Source of the DNA: an uncultured Pseudobdellovibrionaceae bacterium
GTDB lineage: Bacteria > Bdellovibrionota > Bdellovibrionia > Bdellovibrionales > UBA1609
Direction of reading: 5' to 3'
Assembly: GCA_963803705.1 (NCBI GenBank)
Contig: CAWDNU010000004.1
Coordinates: 32,001-96,000 of the forward strand
Length of the DNA stretch: 64,000 nucleotides
Part shown: positions 59,030 through 64,000 of the stretch, piece after piece
Layout of the letters: each line of letters begins with the position of its first letter
Numbering within the stretch: position 1 is the first letter of the stretch
Notes under the pieces: model-generated
The model's input: only the letters and a program-made list of their open reading frames with translations
What the model was told of the DNA's origin: nothing
Database searches by the model: none
Position numbers and translations under genes: made by a program

Positions 59030-60079
59030 TTAAGCCGGCGTGCTTTTCTGACACATTTTTAGTTCACTCATTTTTTGTTTGATTCTTTTAAAATCCAGAT
59101 TAGGAAACCTTCTTTCAATAGCACCTTCTTTTCCTGGGTTATCTAGTGCATCTAAAAAAAGTAGTGAAGTGCAAATTGAAATATTCTCAAATGGATTTTT
59201 TGCGTAAGTTGAGTTGAACTCTGACTCGCTCTCGCTCATAGTGCCTCTTTCATCTTCTTCAACGGCCGCTTTAGTCTCGAAGTACTCTATTTGACACAAA
59301 CCAACTTTAGCAGACGACCTGCCCCTTACTCTAACTGGCGTTGACAGATTGCTATTATAGTTTGAAGTCTGCTTGAATACTTCTGAGTAAATAAATACAA
59401 CGGCAGCTTTTTTCTGGTTAGCACCTAACTCTGGAAAGTTAGGGCATAATGACTGAAATTCATCGCCATTTACTAACACTAAGCCACCCAGCTTGTTTAA
59501 TGAGGCTATGACCGATCCTGTGTAAAGCGCCTGATCCTCTTCTGAAACCTCAGCGAAAGGAACTTGATTTTCAGCAGCAATAGCATTTTGAATAGCACCA
59601 GCATCGTGAGCGCTATCTTGTATGTTTCTTGCTACTACCTGTTCAGCGGTTTCAACTCCAGCTTTTTTTGCTAGACAATTCTTACAGTCCCAACTGCCTA
59701 AGGGACCATCTGTGCTACCGGGATTTATTCGTTTACCTACTAGTTCTGCCATACCAAATATTCTGGTTATTCCAGCTATGGATTCCAGTGCATATGAACC
59801 TAAATCTTTGTCCTGATTAAAAGTTTTGTAATTTGAATACGGCAAAGCCCCTTGTCCAGAGTTGATGCCAGAATAATACGACGGTCTAGAAAAACCAGGC
59901 GAAGATAAACCGGGTTGAGAAAAGCCAGGTTGCGAAATCCCTGCCTCTGTTTGAGCAGAACCTAAGTTGGGCACTGTACTGGGATCTACATTTAACTTAC
60001 GTGTTTGCTTTGCCATCACGACATTGCCCCCAAAGAGACTAAGTAAGATAAAAGGAAGTGTTAGAGTAGAGGGCTTCAC
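59030..60079 (-). CDS. Secreted protein with a degenerate lytic-transglycosylase-like domain
   Basis: Signal peptide; CPNFPEL..KQTSNYN..VGLCQI..NPFENISIC; short S(Q/S/R)PG(F/L) repeats. Confidence 0.55.
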   Translation of the reverse strand: MKPSTLTLPFILLSLFGGNVVMAKQTRKLNVDPSTVPNLGSAQTEAGISQPGFSQPGLSSPGFSRPSYYSGINSGQGALPYSNYKTFNQDKDLGSYALESIAGITRIFGMAELVGKRINPGSTDGPLGSWDCKNCLAKKAGVETAEQVVARNIQDSAHDAGAIQNAIAAENQVPFAEVSEEDQALYTGSVIASLNKLGGLVLVNGDEFQSLCPNFPELGANQKKAAVVFIYSEVFKQTSNYNSNLSTPVRVRGRSSAKVGLCQIEYFETKAAVEEDERGTMSESESEFNSTYAKNPFENISICTSLLFLDALDNPGKEGAIERRFPNLDFKRIKQKMSELKMCQKSTPA

Positions 60080-60159
60080 GTCTAGCCTATCGGCGTCATT
60101 ATTTGGTTTTTAAAGTGTTTTTCTTTTACATAGACTAAAGCCAAGCTACTCTGCTTTAA

Positions 60160-60825
60160 GTGCAACCACTTAGCTTAAAAACAATTTTAGTCCACTTACC
60201 AAGATCAACTTTTTTTGGTGTTTTGCTAGCCACATCTTTGGTTTATTTAGCTATAGATTTAGTCCCAATTTTGCAGATTTTTCCAAATGTGGAATCAAAG
60301 ATCGTTTTGGTATTGTGGCAAAGCCTACTGTGGATGGTTTACTCAGTTTTTATTTCATTTTACCTAAATTTTGAATTAGGCCGAGGTTTTGACCTCGTTG
60401 AAGATAAGAATTTTTTGTTTTTTATCTTAAAGTACTTTCCAGAGTTTTTAAGTTTAAAGCTTAGAACTTTGGTCAAGACAACACTTTGGGCCTTCTTATT
60501 TATCATACCTGGTTTTGTCATGATGCTTAGATATAGTTTAGGTGAATTAGTGGTTTTTTTTAGTCCCAATTTTTTAGATGATCGAACCCAAGACCCCTTA
60601 ACCATCTCTTCGGATATAGTTGGTTTTCACTTGCTACGCCTTACTTTGCTGGCTAGTTTATATTATGTACTGCCCACAGTGTTTGATTCGACATTTGATC
60701 ACGCGCACTTTATGTATGAGCCAAGATCTAGAGTTATACAGATCATTTTGTACTCTACTTTAAATTTGGTGACATATATTTATTTGTTTAAAATTTTTTT
60801 CAGAACTCAACAGTCCTCTATTTGA
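60160..60825 (+). CDS. Integral membrane protein
   Basis: Five to six hydrophobic helices, FLFIIPG motif. Confidence 0.75.
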   Translation: MQPLSLKTILVHLPRSTFFGVLLATSLVYLAIDLVPILQIFPNVESKIVLVLWQSLLWMVYSVFISFYLNFELGRGFDLVEDKNFLFFILKYFPEFLSLKLRTLVKTTLWAFLFIIPGFVMMLRYSLGELVVFFSPNFLDDRTQDPLTISSDIVGFHLLRLTLLASLYYVLPTVFDSTFDHAHFMYEPRSRVIQIILYSTLNLVTYIYLFKIFFRTQQSSI

Positions 60826-60862
60826 AATTTTCATGCCAGGGACTTAAAGGAGATTATAATTT

Positions 60863-61912
60863 ATGTCTAGATATTTTAACCGCAAAGACTTGCCGGACGT
60901 GGGTTTAACATTTGATGACGTACTTTTAGTTCCAAACAAATCAACTATGAGATCTAGGCGTGACCCCATTTTGAAGTCTAGAATTACAAAGAAAATCACC
61001 AAAGAATTGCCTGTTATTTCTTCTAATATGGACACTATCACAGAAAAAGAGATGGTGATTGCCGTAGATCAGTTAGGCGGCTTTGGCATTCTGCACAGGT
61101 TCATGTCAGTGGACAGTCAGGTAAAGCAGGTGAAAGCCATTCTTGTAGCTGGAGTTAAAGATTTTTCTGCGAGTATAGGCGTGCAAGAGCAGGATTGGGA
61201 CAGAGCAGTTGCTTTAGTTGAAAACGGCGCCCCAGTTCTAACCGTTGATATTGCCCATGGACATAGTTTAGCCATGTTAGAAATGATAGAAAAAATAAAA
61301 AACAAATGGAGCCACATTGAGGTCGTAGCTGGAAACGTAGCGACTCCACAGGGAACTCTAGATTTAATCAATGCCGGAGCCGATGCCATTAAAGTCGGAA
61401 TTGGACCTGGATCGATGTGTACCACTAGGGTCATTACGGGTTGTGGAATGCCACAGTTAACAGCCGTTGCCATGTGCAGTTTAGAAGCCGATAAGCACGA
61501 TATTCCAGTCATCGCCGACGGTGGTATTAAAACCTCTGGTGACATCGTGAAGGCGTTATCATCTGGAGCCTGTAGTGTTATGCTAGGCTCCTTATTATCA
61601 GGCACACTTGAGACCCCGGGGCATATCGAAAAAGGACACAAATTATACCGCGGAATGGCGTCAAAATCTGCACAAGCCAGCTGGAGAGGTGGTGTTCCCA
61701 AAGGAATGGCAGCAGAAGGCGAATCCGTTAAAATACCAGTTAAAGGTCCGGTAGCCCTTGTTATTGAAGAATTAATGGGCGGATTAAGAAGCGGCATGAC
61801 TTATTTAAATGCATCGACCATCCCAGAAATTAAGGAAAATGCCAACTTTATGCGTATGACTTCTGCTGGATTCACTGAAAGTAGAGCCCATGGTTTAAAC
61901 ACTTCGTTATGA
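60863..61912 (+). CDS. IMPDH/GMP reductase family enzyme without CBS domains, probably GMP reductase
   Basis: TFDDVLLVP, SSNMDT, VDIAHGHS, GIGPGSMCTTR, ADGGI, YRGMAS; flap lacks the RY dyad. Confidence 0.85.
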   Translation: MSRYFNRKDLPDVGLTFDDVLLVPNKSTMRSRRDPILKSRITKKITKELPVISSNMDTITEKEMVIAVDQLGGFGILHRFMSVDSQVKQVKAILVAGVKDFSASIGVQEQDWDRAVALVENGAPVLTVDIAHGHSLAMLEMIEKIKNKWSHIEVVAGNVATPQGTLDLINAGADAIKVGIGPGSMCTTRVITGCGMPQLTAVAMCSLEADKHDIPVIADGGIKTSGDIVKALSSGACSVMLGSLLSGTLETPGHIEKGHKLYRGMASKSAQASWRGGVPKGMAAEGESVKIPVKGPVALVIEELMGGLRSGMTYLNASTIPEIKENANFMRMTSAGFTESRAHGLNTSL

Positions 61913-62772
61913 TTGTCGATGATTCCCGCCCTATTGGTGTGTTTGACTCTGGCGTCGGAGGTCTAAGCGTTTTAAAGGAGCTAACTAAAACATTTCCAAA
62001 CGAAAGTTTTGTTTATTTGGGCGACACTGCAAGGCTTCCTTACGGCTCGAAATCTGCGCAGACGATTAAAAAATATGTGCTACAAAATATTAAATACTTA
62101 ATCAAATTCCAAGATATAAAAGCTGTTGTTATTGCATGTAACTCTGCATCTACTGTTTTATCTGACCTCGAATTTTGGGAAGATCTACCTTTATTTGGTG
62201 TTATAGAACCTGGAGCAAAGGTAGCTGTGGCAACTACTAAAAATAAAAAAATTGCAGTTTGGGCTACTCGTGCAACCACTTTGCAAGGTAGTTACGAAAA
62301 AGCTATAAATTTTTATGATTCCAAAATACAGTGTACCACGATTGCTTGCCCCTTGTTGGTGCCATTGGTTGAAGACGGACATTGGGAAGGGCCTATCGTC
62401 GACAGTATTATAGATTTGTATTTGATGAAAATGAACAAGACAGAAGCTGACACATTAATTTTAGGCTGCACCCACTACCCGTTTATTAAGAACACTATCG
62501 AAAAAAGGATACATCACCACTGCAGCTCAAAGCATGCCGATAAAGTTGTTAGTTTAAATCCAAAGCTAAAGATTGTAGATTCCGCCAAGTCATTATGTGG
62601 TGATTTAAAACTAAGTTTTAATAGTGGTTTAATAAAAAAATCAGCAAAAGATCAAAGCTTAAGCTTTTTATTCACAGATGAAGCCACGCATTTTATGGAC
62701 TTGGCACTGAAAAGCACATTAGACTGGAAAAATATCAAATTTCAATTGATAGATCTGCATCAGATTGTATAA
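61909..62772 (+). CDS. murI: Glutamate racemase
   Basis: GVFDSGVGGL, PYGSKS, IACNSAS, LGCTHYP. Confidence 0.97.
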   Translation: MIVDDSRPIGVFDSGVGGLSVLKELTKTFPNESFVYLGDTARLPYGSKSAQTIKKYVLQNIKYLIKFQDIKAVVIACNSASTVLSDLEFWEDLPLFGVIEPGAKVAVATTKNKKIAVWATRATTLQGSYEKAINFYDSKIQCTTIACPLLVPLVEDGHWEGPIVDSIIDLYLMKMNKTEADTLILGCTHYPFIKNTIEKRIHHHCSSKHADKVVSLNPKLKIVDSAKSLCGDLKLSFNSGLIKKSAKDQSLSFLFTDEATHFMDLALKSTLDWKNIKFQLIDLHQIV

Positions 62773-62781
62773 GTAAGGCCT

Positions 62782-63450
62782 ATGAAAACTTTAGTGGTAG
62801 GACACACTGTCCAAAAAAAGCCGATTCTTGCACACACATGGGATAATAAAAGCTCTGTAAATATTCTTATGCTTGGCGGAGTGCATGGGGATGAAATTGA
62901 AGGTGTTACTGCGTGCATGGGAATTCTAAATGAACTGATTGAAAGCAATCCCTTTACGTTTAATTTGACCCTGGTACCTTGCTTAAATTTAGATGGGCTT
63001 TTTGCGAACACCAGGCAAAACGCTAATGGCGTTGATCTAAATCGTAATTTATCAACTAGGGATTGGTCTGCCGAAATCACTAAAATTAGATATTACCCCG
63101 GTAAAAAGCCTTTAAGTGAACCCGAAAATCAGACCCTGGTTCGAATTTTAGACGAAAAAAAATATAATTTTATTTTTACCCTTCATAGCTGGAAACCAAT
63201 GCTAAATGTAAATGGTGACTGCAGCCCAATGGCCGATGTAATTTCTGAAAAAGTTGGCTATAAAATAGTACCAGATATTGGCTACCCTACTCCGGGTAGT
63301 TTGGGTGCTTTTGGATTTAATGATCGCAATATACCCACGTTAACCTACGAACTTGAAAAAGGAATGGACCAAGAAGAAATTATTACCAAACATGTTCCTG
63401 CATTAATCTTAGCCCTGAAAGCTTGTGAATCCCGGTTTTGCAGGCCATAA
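62782..63450 (+). CDS. mpaA: Murein peptide amidase A-like M14 carboxypeptidase
   Basis: GGVHGDE, RQNANGVDLNRN, SEPE, LHS, GYPTPGSLG, TYEL. Confidence 0.85.
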   Translation: MKTLVVGHTVQKKPILAHTWDNKSSVNILMLGGVHGDEIEGVTACMGILNELIESNPFTFNLTLVPCLNLDGLFANTRQNANGVDLNRNLSTRDWSAEITKIRYYPGKKPLSEPENQTLVRILDEKKYNFIFTLHSWKPMLNVNGDCSPMADVISEKVGYKIVPDIGYPTPGSLGAFGFNDRNIPTLTYELEKGMDQEEIITKHVPALILALKACESRFCRP

Positions 63451-63492
63451 GTGCGTTAGCAATGAAGCCGCCACCGCGCGGAGGAGAGTAAA

Positions 63493-64000
63493 ATGACAAA
63501 CGTAGATCAACTTAAAACTAGTATCGAAGCCTGCTTCGAAGAGGTTTCAAAGGGCTTAAAATTTGACGAAATTTCAAAGCAAGATATAGATAATATTAAA
63601 TATGCCATAGATCTTTTAGATCAGGGTGAGATCCGTGTTTGTAACAAAACCACCGAGGGTTGGTCCATTAATCAATGGATTAAAAAAGCCATACTTTTAT
63701 ATTTCAAGATAAAAAAGATGAAAGTCATGGACATGGGGCTCTTCAAATTTGTAGATAAGATTCCACTAAAAGCCTGGTCCGGTGCCGAGGGCGTCAGAGT
63801 CGTGCCTCATGCGTTAGTAAGAAAAGGTGCTTTTATCAGCGCAGGTGCAGTTTTGATGCCTAGCTATGTAAATATCGGAGCATTTGTAGGTTCAGGCACT
63901 ATGGTCGACACCTGGGCCACTGTCGGCTCTTGCGCCCAAATTGGCGCAAACGTCCATCTGTCTGGTGGCGTAGGTATCGGCGGGGTATTAGAGCCTCTTC
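63493..64000 (+). CDS. dapD: Tetrahydrodipicolinate N-succinyltransferase (partial, runs off the window)
   Basis: Not in the ORF track. Manual translation gives [60 protein letters not shown]. Confidence 0.96.
   Translation, partial: MTNVDQLKTSIEACFEEVSKGLKFDEISKQDIDNIKYAIDLLDQGEIRVCNKTTEGWSINQWIKKAILLYFKIKKMKVMDMGLFKFVDKIPLKAWSGAEGVRVVPHALVRKGAFISAGAVLMPSYVNIGAFVGSGTMVDTWATVGSCAQIGANVHLSGGVGIGGVLEPL

Noticed and set aside
61117..61797. 226-aa minus-strand ORF
   Set aside because: Antisense shadow of the well-supported GMPR/IMPDH gene.

Overview
Chromosomal window from an AT-rich bacterium, most likely a predatory Bdellovibrionota member. This is inferred from gene content and style (short HemA, many secreted or lipoprotein orphans, candidate sigma28/sigma54 promoters), not from a marker gene. 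It is mostly core genes: ChaN-like protein, VKOR-DsbA, lptD, yebC, sufE, a stand-alone rpsD, a near-complete haem operon (hemA, hemC-D fusion, hemL, two-component pair, hemE, hemN, hemY, hemH) plus hemB, cca, queG, sodB, amino-acid catabolism genes, bcp, hisS, tRNA-Leu(TAA), HiPIP, a GMPR/IMPDH, murI, mpaA and dapD. The less ordinary content is largely non-coding. (1) Two ~200-235 nt fold-back elements inside the hem operon share a conserved bipartite core but have unrelated, self-complementary 50-57 bp arms. (2) A 4.28-kb cargo segment is bounded by IS256-type inverted repeats and a near-perfect 8-bp target duplication; it holds a decayed transposase start, an AlaX fragment, a frameshifted toxin with intact antitoxin, a stop-interrupted TraB/GumN gene and TetR-VOC. 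(3) Two 125-bp MITE copies carry different 4-bp TSDs. (4) Several hairpin-bearing tandem micro-repeats occur, one in-frame inside yebC. There is also a RimB-CDF-RimK(RCK_C) operon facing a CASTOR-like channel, a beta-barrel plus 1597-aa lipoprotein pair, and two apparently catalytically degenerate peptidoglycan-enzyme homologues. All family assignments are by motif recognition only; no searches were run.
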